NCBI RefSeq assembly: GCF_018350175.1
Contig: NC_058373.1
Location: 117,430,001 to 117,494,000 of the forward strand
Direction of reading: 5' to 3'
Length of the DNA: 64,000 nt
Origin: Felis catus
Taxonomy: Eukaryota
In this document: positions 1 through 12,712 of the stretch, piece by piece
Layout of the letters: each line of letters starts with the position of its first letter
Numbering within the stretch: the stretch's first letter is position 1
Position numbers and translations under genes: made by a program
The notes under the pieces: model-generated
The model's input: the letters and a program-made list of their open reading frames with translations, nothing else
The model's database searches: none
Told to the model about the DNA's origin: nothing

Positions 1-89
1 AAACCTGCTTCTGCTTCCTCAAAGTGGCCATCTGGTAGCTCCTAGTATAGAAGTTGTTCCCTAGGTATAGGTAATTGAGAAATGTGATG

Positions 90-90
<1 letters not shown>

Positions 91-133
<43 letters not shown>
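91..133. repeat. (CA)n microsatellite
   Basis: Perfect CA run. Confidence 0.97.
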
Positions 134-136
<3 letters not shown>

Positions 137-239
137 GTTGCTCTAAGAATTAGAATGTGCTTCCATTAAAATGATAGTATTAATTAGATAACTGATGTCT
201 TATACTGATTAGAGTAAAAGATTTAATAGCACTTATTGA

Positions 240-400
240 TTATGTGATCTTGAGCTAGTTAGTTAAGCTTGCTAAGTCTCAGATGCCTCATGGATGATTG
301 GGGATAATAATAGTCCTACCTCATAGGGATTTGGGGAGTACTTGGCACTGAATTGGGCACATGATAAGCACTCAGTAGGTGGTATTATTGTGACGATTAC
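240..400 (+). mobile_element. MIR fragment
   Basis: tgtgatcttgagctagttagttaa..gggataataatagtcctacctcatagggat..aagcactcagtagg, MIR core-like. Confidence 0.7.
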
Positions 401-2668
401 TACTACTAACAGAATTATTCAAGACTTGCAGATTAGGGGAACATTTATAAAATATATAGCCTAAGTAAAAATGTTCTAATTCTCTCTCTCTGGATTAATC
501 TGTTATGGTTCCTTTCTAACTTAATCTAACATTAGTATCCTTCCATAATTAAGTCAGTTATTACTTAAAGGTCAATGATTTCTCACCCTAGAGAGGCTTC
601 TTTGGGGCCTTTTGAATGGGGACAACGTGTGTATTTTCCCTACTCTCTATTTCCATTGTCAAAGGCCATAGCTACTCTACCTAATTATCCTTGCCAACTG
701 CCTCCTGACATTCCTAGGGCCTCAAGGTTCAGTACTTGATTTGGTTTCTTTTGACTCCAGTGCCCTGTGTTGTGTTGATTTATAAAACAGCTATTCTAAC
801 TGCTAAGCTGAAAAGAAGGCCTGTGTGAGTCTGCTGTAAATTTTGGAGGAGTAAAAACAGCACGGTGCACTTTAAATTTTAAGATGTCATCAGAAAAAAA
901 GCCCTTCCCATTTTCCTATTGAAAATCATAAAACAGAAAAACAAGAGCAAAAAGTATAAATTCCGTTTTCAAAACAGCTGGGAGATTCTGTATCCATGAA
1001 ACACAGTATATGACAGAGGGCTGGCCAAATGCCAAGGAACAAATGCAGGCTGTAGCTTTTGACAAACCGAGCAGAAAACACGTCTCCAAAATTGGCACTC
1101 CAGAGTAGACCTACCCTGAACAATCAAACCAGCAACCCTTTGACAAATGGCAAGAGTATTGCAAACCTGAAAGCACAAGCGTGCTTGACTCTACCTGGCA
1201 CCATGTGGTAGCAGGTGAATCTGAAAAGGGAAATGCACAGTTATGCTGTGTATATAGGACAGTCTGTTGGTAAGGCATTGCTGCACCCTGTTGGCTGAAA
1301 AGAAGCAATGGCTAAAATAGCTCATAAACACACAAGCATTTGTAATAAGATTTCGTAGTGAATCAAGGCAAAGTTTCACCAAGTCACAACAACGTCCTCC
1401 CTCCCAACCCACATAAATTTTTTCCAACTATCTGGATTAAAAAGAATTCTCTCGTGAAGAGTGACAATAAAAAACAAAGCAGCACAGGATACTAGAGCAT
1501 CCTACAGGCTGATACAAAGATAGCACAATCGAAAAGGAGAAAAAGAAACGGAAAACAAGTGATAGATACGAACGTGCTCTATGAAATGAAAAAGTAAGAT
1601 GACCATGAACTCGAAAATTTAAAGAAACCCCCAAAGAGCTCAAAACAGAGATGGAAAGTGGCCAGGGATGATACAGTGAAATGAGAGGGAAAGAAACAGA
1701 TGATATAGCTCACCAAAGAAGTGAGGGAGGAAAATCATCACAGAAATGAAGATGATTTTAAAGCAGCACAAAATAAAATAGACACTGCTGAAAATAGAAT
1801 AGGGGATCTGAAGGGTGGAATTTTCAAAACAAAACAAATAAAATGGAAATAACAGCTTAAAGGGGGATTAGAGATAAAGTGGTAAATTTGGGTGACAAAG
1901 AAGACCCCACAGATAGCAAAATGTCTCTGAAGAAGAGAACGAAACAAATAGAACACAAACAACCAAAGATATAATTCCACACAACTTTAAAAAAATAAAA
2001 GAAGACTAGAATTTATAGATTGAAAGGATCTACCATGTTCCAGAAAAAAAAAATGCTGAAGAGCCATCAACACTGTGCTGTATTTTAGGAGTATCAATAA
2101 ACTTCAGAGGTAAGAAATAGTCATTTAGTCAAGCCAGCAGGAATATCGGGTAACCTATATAAAACCAGAGATTTTTAAAAGTCAGTTTAGCCCAAGGGTT
2201 CCTTATAGAAATATCAAGAGATAGTAGTGATAATGCCTATAAAGCCCTCAATTAAAGAAAAAAAGCGTGTGGCCTAATAAGAATTTTATGCACAGCCAAG
2301 CTGTCATTAAAAATAAAAGCAGTAGATAAAACTTACCCAACATTTAAGGACCCAGAGTAGATAACTCCCATGAGTCATGCTTTAAAAACTATTAAAAAGA
2401 AACTATTAAAGGAAAGACTTTAACTAAGAGATGAATGGAGAATTCCTGACCAAAAAGAAAAAAAAAAACTTCCCGTGAACACTAAACCCACTTAGCATTT
2501 AGACTAAGTCTAAAATAAATATGGAAACTTTGGTTACAGAAAAGAGTATAAGCTCTGAATGTATATAAAAATTAAAATTAATATAATATTAAATACAGAG
2601 AAGGTAGAAGTTGATGTATGTTGATTTTCTCATCATTTCTAGTTGAAGATCAAAGAATCTCATTTAAA

Positions 2669-2882
2669 TTTTTTTAAGTTTCTTTATTTTGAGAGAGAGC
2701 ATGTGTACGCGTGTGCATGCATGAATAGGGAAGGAGCAGAGAGAAAATCCCAAGCATGCTCCACACTGTCATCTGTCAGCACAGAGCCCAACACAGGGGC
2801 TTGAATTCACTAACCATGAGATCATGACCTGAGTTGAAATCAAGAGTCAGATGCTTAACCAACAGAGTCATACAGACGCCCC
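2669..2882 (-). mobile_element. Can-SINE
   Basis: T-tail, (GA)n, and reverse tRNA-like head ending ..gacgcccc. Confidence 0.92.
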
Positions 2883-2885
2883 TAA

Positions 2886-3094
2886 ATTTTTTAAATTTAT
2901 ATTTCGTTTTTATCTGAGAAAGTGAGCCAGCAGGGGAGAGAGGCAGAGAGAGAAAAAGAGAGAGAGAGAAAATTTTAAGCAGGCTCCACACTCAGCATGG
3001 AGCCAGAAATGGGGCTCGATCCCAGGACCCTGGGATCATGACCTAAGCCAAAATCAAGAGTCAGACACAACCAAATGACCCACGTAGGCACCCC
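2886..3094 (-). mobile_element. Can-SINE (older subfamily), directly adjacent to the previous copy
   Basis: ggggctcgatcccaggaccctgggatcatgacct..ggcacccc. Confidence 0.9.
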
Positions 3095-3227
3095 CAAAGG
3101 ATGTCGTTTAAATGTGGTAAATCAAGGACTTGATAAATAAGTATATTTAAATATACAAAGGTAAAAACTTTAAGAGTATATCAGTACATTAGCTTTAGGT
3201 ATATATATAATTACATATGTATTACAT

Positions 3228-3443
3228 ATTTTTTTTAATTTTTTAAATCTTTATTTTTTGAGAGAGAGAGAAAGAGCAAGGTGGGGAAGAACAGAGAGAG
3301 TGGAGGAGACACAGAATCTGAAGCAGGCTCTAGGCTCTAAGCTGTCAGCACAGAGCCCAACACGGGGCTTGAACTCACAAACCACAAGTTCATGACCTGA
3401 GCTGAAGTCGGATGCTTAACCAACTGGGCCACCCAGGCACCCC
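3228..3443 (-). mobile_element. Can-SINE (SINEC_Fc)
   Basis: Full body; TSD tacatat. Confidence 0.95.
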
Positions 3444-4409
3444 TACATATATATACTTTTTAATGAAATTCAGAAGGAAAAATAAATGCAGAAGAACAAT
3501 TTTTATTATTCATAGTGGGAAGTTAAATGTCAGTGTTTCAAGAAAGAGGATTTAAATAATTTAAATTTATAAAGGTGATCACTGAAAGAAGTAATCATAA
3601 TACAAACCTGCCCAAATAGCACAAGGAATGCTCACAAAAACAAAACAAGGAAAATATAGACTAAAGAGTATAATATTTAAAAAAAGCAATAGAAACATAA
3701 AACACGACACAAAATACTATGAATTATAAACAAACAGTTCTGTCATAGCAATAAGTGGACTAAACTCACATATTAAAAGGAAAAGCATCTAAAACTGAGT
3801 AATAAAGTTAACCTTAACCATATGCTATATACCAGATATATATCTAAAGCCTAGTGACTCAGAAACTTGAAAACAGAAGGATTAGCAAAGAAATAACATC
3901 AAATACCAACAAAAATAAAATCAGAGGCCATGATCTTAAGTATAAAACAAGATTGAATTTAGAGCAAAAATCATTAAGCAAGAAAAATAAAGATACTTTG
4001 TATGATGAAGTGTGTCTTCCACAATGATCTAATAGTTATAGGTATTTCTGCACCAACTGATAGAGTATAAAATGTCATTAAGCAAAAACTACAGAAAATA
4101 CAAGGAAAAATAGAAACACTTGGTTTTAGGAGGCTTAACAGATGAAGTGAACCAAAGAATGTAATGATACAGATGACCTAAATAATATAATTAGCAAAGT
4201 TATATTTATCAAACTCTATCCCTAAAACTAAAGAGTATATCTTTTTTCGTTAGATGTCCAAAACATATTTCCAAAACTGACTGCGTTTTAGACCACATAG
4301 AAAATCTAAATAAACTCTCCAAATAAGGAATGGAATAGATATTATCCTTTAATCAGTATGAGTCAAAAAGAATCAATCTGAAATTACATAATATTCAAAA
4401 TGACTAACA

Positions 4410-5050
4410 GTAGACTGGGTATTTACTCAGAGAAAATGAAAACACTAATTCAAAAAGATATATGCACCCCTATGTTTATTGAATCACTATTCACAATAGC
4501 CAAAGTATGAAAGTAGCCTGTGGATTAATAGATGAATGTATCAAGAGGATGTGGTATGTAGCTACAGTGGAATATTGCTCAACCATAAAAAAGAATGAGA
4601 ACTTTTTTTGACATTTGCAACAACATGGATAGACCTAGAGGGTACCATGCTATGTCAAAATAAGTCAGAGAGAAAGACAAATACCATATGATTACACTTG
4701 TATGTGAAATCTAAAAAATGAAACAAATGAACAATTTTTTTAAAAAAGCAGAAACAGACCCATAAATACAGAAAACAAATTGATGATTGCCCAAGGGGAG
4801 GGAGTAGGGGAATGGGCAAAACAGATGAAGGGGAGAGAGAGAGAGAGGTACAGGCTTCCAGTTATGGAATGAATAATTCACATGGATAATAGGTACAGCC
4901 TAGGGAATGTAGTCAGTGGTATTGTGACAGCGTTGTATGACGACAGATGGTGGCTACAATTCTGGTGAGCATAGCATAGACTTGTCAAATCACTATGCTG
5001 TACGCCTGAAACTAATGTAACATGGTATGTCAACTATATTCCAATAAAAA
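4410..5050 (+). mobile_element. L1 3' end (carnivore/L1MA-type), 5'-truncated, nested in older L1M
   Basis: ORF2 C-terminus (caaaaagatatatgcacccctatgtttatt), 3' UTR and aataaa; imperfect TSD aatgac(t/c)aa. Confidence 0.88.
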
Positions 5051-5853
5051 TAATGACCAATACTGGTTATAACCACATTGCATATCCTATGGAATTAGCT
5101 AAAGCAGTTGCTCAAGGGGAAATTCGTAGATGCAAGTACTCAAAGTAACAAACAAAATTGAAAGGAAATAAATTCATTGTCTTATGCTCACGAAGCTAAA
5201 AATAAGAAAAATAAAACTAACCTAAGAAAGATAGTAATAATGATAAAGTCAGAAAACAATAACTGAAAAAAGGACAAATAAACCGGTTGGTTTATTAACC
5301 AACAAATAAGTTGTTTCTTTAGGGGAAAAAAGATAATCCCTAGTAAACTAGCCAAGGTGGATCGAAACAAATCATTTACTAAGAAAATATAAATATCAAG
5401 TGTGACCCCAATAGAAAAAAATCTAAACTAATTAGCCTAGAAAAAACACAGAACATGGGCAAAAAATAAACCTCTCCAAAGAGAGCACTAAGCCCAGAAT
5501 GTTTCACAAATTACTTCTACCAAACCTCTAAGGAAAAGGTAGACCCCAAATTAAACTCTTCCAGAGCATATAGAAAGATACAGCTTCCGAATTCTTTTTC
5601 TAAAGCTAGCATACATCAAGCACATCCTGATAAAAAGAGTACAAAAAAGCAAAGTAAAAAACCAGTATTGCTTATGAATAGGAATACAAAATAACCTAAT
5701 TAAAATGTTACCAAATAAATCCAAGTGCTCACCAAGACAGAACTCACTACAACCAAGTGGATTTATTAATTCAAAAATATAAGAAGGTTTCAAAATCCAG
5801 AACCATGTTAATTTAATTCATATAACATTGCCAAAAAAAATTAAGAATCATTT

Positions 5854-6069
5854 TGGGGGCATCCGAGGTGACTCAGTCGGTTAAGCATCTGACTCTTGGT
5901 TTCAGCTCAGGTCATGATCTCATGGTTTGTGGGTTCAAGCCCCACATCAGGCTCTTCACTGATGGTGCAGAGCCTGCTTGGGATTCTCTCTCCCTCTGTC
6001 CCTCTCTCCCTGCCCCTCCCTGCTGGTTCTCTCTCTGTCTCTTTCTCAAGATAAATAAACTAAAAAAAA
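5854..6069 (+). mobile_element. Can-SINE
   Basis: A-box/B-box head, CT tract, A tail; TSD aatcatttt. Confidence 0.95.
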
Positions 6070-6849
6070 TCATTTTTGTCTTCTCTATAGATACCTGAAG
6101 AGGCATTTGATAAAATGCATGCTTTATTCTTGATGAAAAACTCATGCTAAAATACATCATTATACACACAGACACACACTCACACATACTTAATAACATA
6201 TGTCCCAGAGCTGCTACTATACTTACTGGAGGAAGAGAAGAAACAGTTCCATTAATGTCAGCTCCAAGAAAGTATACCTTACTCAACAGTATTTGTTAAC
6301 ATTACTCCAGAGATCCTAGCCAGCCCAAGTAAAATAGAAAAAGAAATTAGCATAGATATTAGAACCAATAATTAAAATTATTGTGACATGCAGATGATAT
6401 GATTATATATTGTAAAACACGAAGAAAAAATTTTAAAAACATTTATTAAGGAGATGAAGTACAAAAATGGTCCTTAATAACTTTCCATGTACAAACAAAA
6501 ATTGGTTAGAAAATGTAACTGAAAAAATCCCACTTACAGTAGAAATAGATTTAACAAGAAATGCTCCAAGCTTACACAAAGAAAACTTTTTAATGCTACT
6601 GAGAATATAAAAGATGATTTAAACAAATGGAAAGGGACGCCCTGTTTAATATAAAGATGTCTTAACTAAAAATGTAATTCAATGCAACCAAACACCAGCA
6701 GGTGTTCTTAGAGGTAGACAGGATGATTCCAAAGCTCAAATAAATATAAGCAAGCACAACCCAAAAATTTCCGATAAAATTGAGAGAGGATTGGCCTTAT
6801 CAGATACTAAAATATGTTTTAAAATGAAAGAAGTTAGATAGATATAATA

Positions 6850-6944
6850 GAAAGATATATATATATACATATATATGTATGTACACATATGTGTACATAT
6901 ACATATGTATACACACACATACATATATATGCATATATATGTAT

Positions 6945-7008
<64 letters not shown>

Positions 7009-7020
7009 AGAGAGAGAGAA
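6850..7020. repeat. Compound (TA)/(CA)/(GA) microsatellite
   Basis: Direct reading. Confidence 0.95.
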
Positions 7021-7069
7021 ATACACCACTACACCTGAATAACCAGGAAGTTCAACGGAAGAGTGTTTC

Positions 7070-7270
7070 GGGGCACCTGGGTGGCTTAGTCGGTTAAGCA
7101 TCCAACTCTTGATTTTGGTTCAGGTCATGATCTCACAGTTTGTAAGTTCGAGCCCCACATCGGGCTCTGTGTTAACAGTTGGGAACCTGCTGAGGATCCT
7201 CTCTCCCCCTGCCCACTCTCTTTCTGCCTCTCCCTGACCCCCCCAAAATAAATAAATAATTTTTTTAAAA
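7070..7270 (+). mobile_element. Can-SINE
   Basis: TSD ggaagagtgttt. Confidence 0.95.
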
Positions 7271-7719
7271 AGGAAGAGTGTTTAGAAGTAGACTAGACCA
7301 CATATGATAAATGGAAAAAAGGTACATTCATAATGCTATTGAAATCACTGGTACCTTTCTTCCCAAAGGGGAAGAAAAAGGATTCCATTTTCAAGAGAAC
7401 CCTGAATTTCATCCTCAAAACTCACACTAAAATAAATGCCAGAATACTCAAAGGTTTAAAGACAAAAAATAAAACCATAAGGAACTAGAAAGATATAGAG
7501 AATTTTTCTGAGCCTGATGTGGGAAAGAACTTTCTATTTTTGATTCAAAATGCAAAAGTTATAAATTAAAATATTGATAAATCCTATTTGCTATAAAAGA
7601 ATATGTCGCGTTGCGGAAAGCACCATAAACAAAAGAAAAAGAAAAATAACATACTGATAAAAATAATTTGTGGACAAAGAACTTCTCTTCTTAACATTAA
7701 AAAATGATAGTTAACAGCT

Positions 7720-7890
7720 CAGTATCATACACTTAACACTTGTTAAGAGATCTCATATTAGGGGCTCTTGCATGGCTCAGTCAATATAGCAGGCAACTCG
7801 ATCTTGGGGTCGTGAGTTTGAGCCCCACGTTGGGTGCAGAGACTATTCAAATAAATAATTTTTTTTTAATCTCACATTAAAGTGTTCTTA

Positions 7891-7931
<41 letters not shown>

Positions 7932-8100
7932 ATGAGAAAGGAGCAGGAGGCCAAGTTTTGGATGTGTATTACCCCGATAATGATATGATGATGGTTTCTC
8001 GGATGTATGCATATCTCCAAATTCACCAAATTGTGAACACATTAAATACGTCTAGTCTTTTATCTGTCAATTATACCTCAATAAAACTGTTTATTTAAAA
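7720..8100 (+). mobile_element. L1M 3' end containing a short Can-SINE (7761-7865) and a (CA)n tract
   Basis: tgtcaattatacctcaataaa terminus; SINE TSD atctca(t/c)atta. Confidence 0.8.
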
Positions 8101-8217
8101 ACAATGGAAATTACAAATGAAAATCCTGAAAAGATACTCATGATGCAAACAATGAAAAAAATACCTATTCTCACTCAAAATGAAAGAATTATACATTAAG
8201 ACTACTGAGATACTGAT

Positions 8218-8424
8218 TTTCTTTCCTTTAATGTTTTATTTGTTATTTTTGAGAGAGCATGAGCTGGGGAGGGTCAGAGAGAGAGGGAGACACAGAATCC
8301 CAAGCAGGCTCTAGGCTCTGAACTGTCAGCACAGAGCCCAACATGGGGCTTAAACTCATGAACTGTGAGATCATGACATGAGCCAAAGTCAGATACTTAA
8401 CCGACTGAGCCACCCAGGTGCCCC
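8218..8424 (-). mobile_element. Can-SINE (SINEC_Fc)
   Basis: TSD gagatactgatttt. Confidence 0.95.
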
Positions 8425-9101
8425 GAGATACTGATTTTCAAAAACCTACCAGATTTCACATTGACAAGGATCAAAAAATTTAATTTCTCATTTTGGCAGC
8501 ATTATAAGGAAATCAAGTAGTACTCACATAGATCTCTGGTGGTACCATGAATTATTACAAGATTTATTCAGAAAAAATTGCCAGTGTTTATCAAAACATA
8601 ATCTTCAGACTCAGAAATTCAATTTCTAGGAATTTATCCTACATATGCATTTGTATGTCATTGTGTGTACATGCAGTTGTGTGAAATTATGTATGTATAG
8701 GAATATTTATTGCCACAGTGTTTGTAAGAGCAAAAGATTATAAACTGGTGATCAATATAGATGCATTATTGCAAACATCTATTAAATGTATATGAAGGGA
8801 TATGTCCTGTAACGATATGACCTCTAAGAAAACAAATTGCTAAAAGTACTGTAGAGTATGCTATCATCACTGTAAAATAATGCAGATAGTAATCAGGACT
8901 ATTATACAGAAAGTGCGTGCTTACATATGAATGGAATATCACTGACCATATCCTCATGAACCTGATGACAGTGGATGCCTCTTGAGAGGGGACTTGAGAG
9001 CCTAGGATGGGCAGTGAGAAGTAGAGTTTTCAATGTGCCCCTTTATCTGTTAAATTTTGTATCATGTGTATGTGTTACCTCAGCAAAAGTTAATCCAGTT
9101 C

Positions 9102-9300
9102 CGGGGCAGCTGAGTGGCTCAGTAGGTTAAGCGTCTGACTCTGGATTTCAGCTCAGGCCACGGTCTCACAGTTCATGGGATTGAGCCCCACGTCAGGCTC
9201 TACACTGGAGCCTGCTTGCAATTCTCTCTCCTCTCTCTCTGCCCCTCCCCTGCTTACTTTCTCGCTTTCAAAATAAATAAACTTAAAAAAAAAAATTAAA
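9102..9300 (+). mobile_element. Can-SINE
   Basis: TSD aaaagttaatc. Confidence 0.93.
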
Positions 9301-10566
9301 GACAAAAAAGTTAATCAATTTTAAATTAATTTAGATCCCAATGCAAATCCTACATCTCCCTTTGAGCAGACTGTACCCCATTCTCCCTCTCTATGAACCA
9401 GGAACGATCATAATGGCCCCTCTCAGGCTGTGATCACAGCTACATGAGATAATCATGAAAAAGCAACTTGCACAGTGCCTGGCAATTCCATGTAATTGCT
9501 TAGTAAATGCTACCCACGTTTTACCCAATAATTAAAGGAAGTTTCATCTAACTATCACAACCTAGTAAGGTGCATGGTTGTGCTTTACTGTATTTTTAAT
9601 TTTCTTTGTAATACACTAATGACTTAAACATCTGGCTTACCTGTGCATAATTAACTAACGGGGAGAGCAGTATACGTTGCCAGTCAGGCATATTACTTTC
9701 CCTGGTGGAAAATAACCCTTTTTATTTCAAGAGCCATATCTAGGTGTTACCTAGTCCTTGGCACAACTAGAATAAGATGAAAAGGACTAAAGCTGACAAA
9801 GCACAATTGTGTCCTGGCCTTGGATCTCAGACACCTGGATCCAAACCCTGCCTCTGTCACTCCTGACTGCCGCATAGCAGTCATGTGGTTCACTTCTGTG
9901 CCCTTCCATAGCATCCCTTTAAAATAGAATACCCTGCGGAGGTGCTACTGGGATTAAATAAAGTCACTCTAGACAAGCATGCAATCCACACTAGGCTCTC
10001 AATAAATATTTTTGGAAGAGTATTAAACACGTGTGCAAAGAGCAAGAAACGGTCCCTGCCTTCAAAGTCCTTACAAATGGACAGATGAAACACTGACTCT
10101 AATAACTTGAGCAAAAGCCATTCGGTGGTAGGAAGTAAAGAGGGTAAGCCTGACGGTTACAGAGGGATCACCAGTGAGCTGGTAGCCACGATGACTGACT
10201 GTAGATGAAATACCAAGGAAGAGAAAAAAAGCAGCGTTGTGAGGGCCAGCCCTACACACTTGAAATCAACGGGGTGCACGGGAAGGTCTGAGGGCTGTTG
10301 GGAACAAGAAAGTGGGTGAGATGTGAGAAGTCACAAACAGTAGAGACACTCGAAACTTTTCGACTCGGACACGGCATGTTAGAATCTGACTTGACTGAGG
10401 AAAATGTGAGCTAGCCCCTGCACTCGCACACCGCCACTTCTCTGTTATTTTAGGTGTTGAAAACCTTTACTGAAAACTCTCTTGCTTGCTCACTCCCTCC
10501 CTTATATGCACACACACACACGTGTGTGCACAGACACGCATACATACATACAGTCATGTGCGCATG

Positions 10567-10567
<1 letters not shown>

Positions 10568-10601
<34 letters not shown>
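10568..10601. repeat. (CA)n microsatellite
   Basis: Direct reading. Confidence 0.95.
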
Positions 10602-10603
<2 letters not shown>

Positions 10604-10969
10604 CAAGGTGCTTCCTACCATTAATGGTAATTTGGTGAGGAGCCGTAAACCAGGGAAGACCTCCAACCCCTCCCCCCGCCCCATGTCTTGGGACCCCAGC
10701 ACTGCAGGTGTGGAGGGCAGTGTGCCTGTGGACACAGCACTGCCTGCTCAGAGGAAGTGTTTGTGGAAACCCTGGGGCATCCCCAAGGGAGTGCTCTCCC
10801 ACATAGGCTTAAACTGGTGTTACATGTCCAGAAAGTCCTGTCGGAATTCTTTTATAAGGAAGGCAAGTACCAACGAATTAGCAACACACAATTTTTTTCC
10901 ATTTTAGGACAAAGAAGACAGTTCTGGAATTATGGAGCCCAGGATAGGTTCATTTAAAAACCATTGTCA

Positions 10970-11867
10970 TTTTTTTAATGTTTGTTTGTTTATTTAATAT
11001 TTATTTTTTAATATAATATTCTCAAATTAGCTTCCATACAACACCCAGTGCTCATCCTAACAAGAGCCCTCCTCAATGCCCATCGCCCACTTTCCCCTCT
11101 CCCCCACCCCCCATCAACCTTCAGGTTGTTCTCAGGATTTAAGAATCTCTTATGGTTTGCCTCCCTCCCTCTCCGTTTGTAACCTTGTTTTTTCCCCTCT
11201 TCCTTTCCCCCCACGGTCTTCTGCTAAGTTTCTCAAGATCCACATATGAGTGAAAACATATGGTATCTGTCTTTCTCTGACTGACTTATTTCACTTAGCA
11301 TAATACCCTCCAGTTCTATCCACATTGCTGCAAATGGTCAGATTTCATTCTTTCTCATTGCCAAGTAGTATTCCATTGTATATATAAGTCACATCTTTTT
11401 TTATCCATTCATCAGTTGATGGACATTTAGGCTCTTCCTATAATTTGGCTATTGTTGAAAGCGCTGCTATAAACATTGCGGTGCATGTGCCCCTATGCAT
11501 CAGCATTCCTGTATCCCTTGGGTAAATTCCCAGCAGTGCTATTGCTGGATCATAGGTTAGAACTATTTTCAATTTTTTGAGGAACCTCCACACTGTTTTC
11601 CAGAGAGTCTGTACCATGAAACGATGCTCAACGTCACTCATCATCAGGGAAATACAAATATTTATCTATTTTTGAGAGAGACAGAGAGAGAGAGGCGGAG
11701 TGTGAGCAGGGGAGGGGCAGAGAGAGAGGGAGACACAGAATCCGAAGCAGACTCCAGCCTCTGAGCTGTCAGCACAGGGCCCGACGCAGGGCTCAAACCC
11801 ACAAACCACAAGATCATGACCTGAGCAGATGTTGTATGCTTAACGGACTGAGCCACCCAGGTGCCCC
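10970..11867 (-). mobile_element. Can-SINE whose tail is split by a young L1 insertion
   Basis: Body at 11660-11867, tail remnant at 10970-11000; TSD aggataggttcattt at 10941 and 11868. Confidence 0.88.
11005..11657 (-). mobile_element. Felid L1 3' end with a 5' inversion (twin priming)
   Basis: 11005-11608 is minus-strand 3' UTR plus ORF2 C-terminus (TLWKTVWRFLKKLKI..YDPAIALLGIYP). 11615-11657 is L1 in the + orientation (catgaaacgatgctcaacgtcactcatcatcagggaaatacaaat). TSD aatatttat. Confidence 0.9.
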
Positions 11868-12697
11868 AGGATAGGTTCATTTCAATGTCACTAGCAGGTT
11901 GGAAACATCTATGGTGTGAAAGTGCTTTTTGTAAAGCAGAGGCCAAGTGGGGAATCTTATGGGGCAGGTGGAGACCAGCATGAGGGCAATGGGCGCCTGT
12001 AGAACAAAGAAGGAAGGAACTTGCCAAACTGAGGAGGAAGGGGCATGCAGGACTGTCCCCTTAATGGGGTCTTAAGAGCTGCTCTGGGAGGGTGTCACAG
12101 GGCAGCATTTCGGCTCACCACTTCGGACTACACAACTCACTGCCCTTCTCTACACAATGAATTCTGAGATCAGATTGAGATGAATTCATGGAGATCAATG
12201 AATTTTGAGATCCACCACACCAAACTTCTGAGTGGAATAAAGATTCCCCTGGGGCGAACTATTAACTCTTTGATGGTATCACACACGTTTTGTGTTCTCC
12301 ACGTTACCAGACACAGCAGGTGCACAGGGTAAGGGAGGGGCTGACACTGTAGGTACAAATGTTTCTCTACAACATGGGGAGCCTTGCCAGGATCTGCCCC
12401 TGGGACTCCAGCCCAGGATGGTGGTTTTAAACCTTCCAGTCCACTTCTCCCCCATCGGGCTTTGTGCAGGACAACGAATGCATTGAATGCGTGTATTAAA
12501 CGCCCACCACGTGTGTGTAACACACAGCCAGTGGCTGTTAGGGAGGCCCCACAGAAGGAGCGACACTTCCGCCGAAGAGCAGATTTTGCAAGTCCTTGTC
12601 TTCCGTTGGCATGTCTGTGATTTGCGTGTACCCCGCTGCACCCCTCCGCTGTGAAGAGTAGGCTGTAAATAAAGGAGAAGTGCTTGCGAGCCTGCGT

Positions 12698-12712
12698 GAG
12701 CCCCCTAGGGTA
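12698..12712 (-). promoter_or_regulatory. Possible CTCF motif
   Basis: gagccccctagggta resembles GCGCCCCCTAGTGG, the reverse complement of the CTCF core. Confidence 0.3.

Larger units (their letters stand above)
880..9080 (+). mobile_element. Ancient, fragmented L1M (5' region/ORF1, ORF2, 3' end) carrying many nested younger insertions
   Basis: A-rich strand bias. Degenerate ORF1-like (1600-2400), endonuclease-like (3740-4350) and RT-region-like (5100-6850) sequence, with an L1M 3' UTR at 8450-9080. No open frame. Confidence 0.75.

Noticed and set aside
10956..10970. Apparent SINE 3' transduction (tgacaatggttttt on the minus strand)
   Set aside because: ca(t/a)tgtca also follows the right-hand TSD, so a longer TSD with a small indel explains it.
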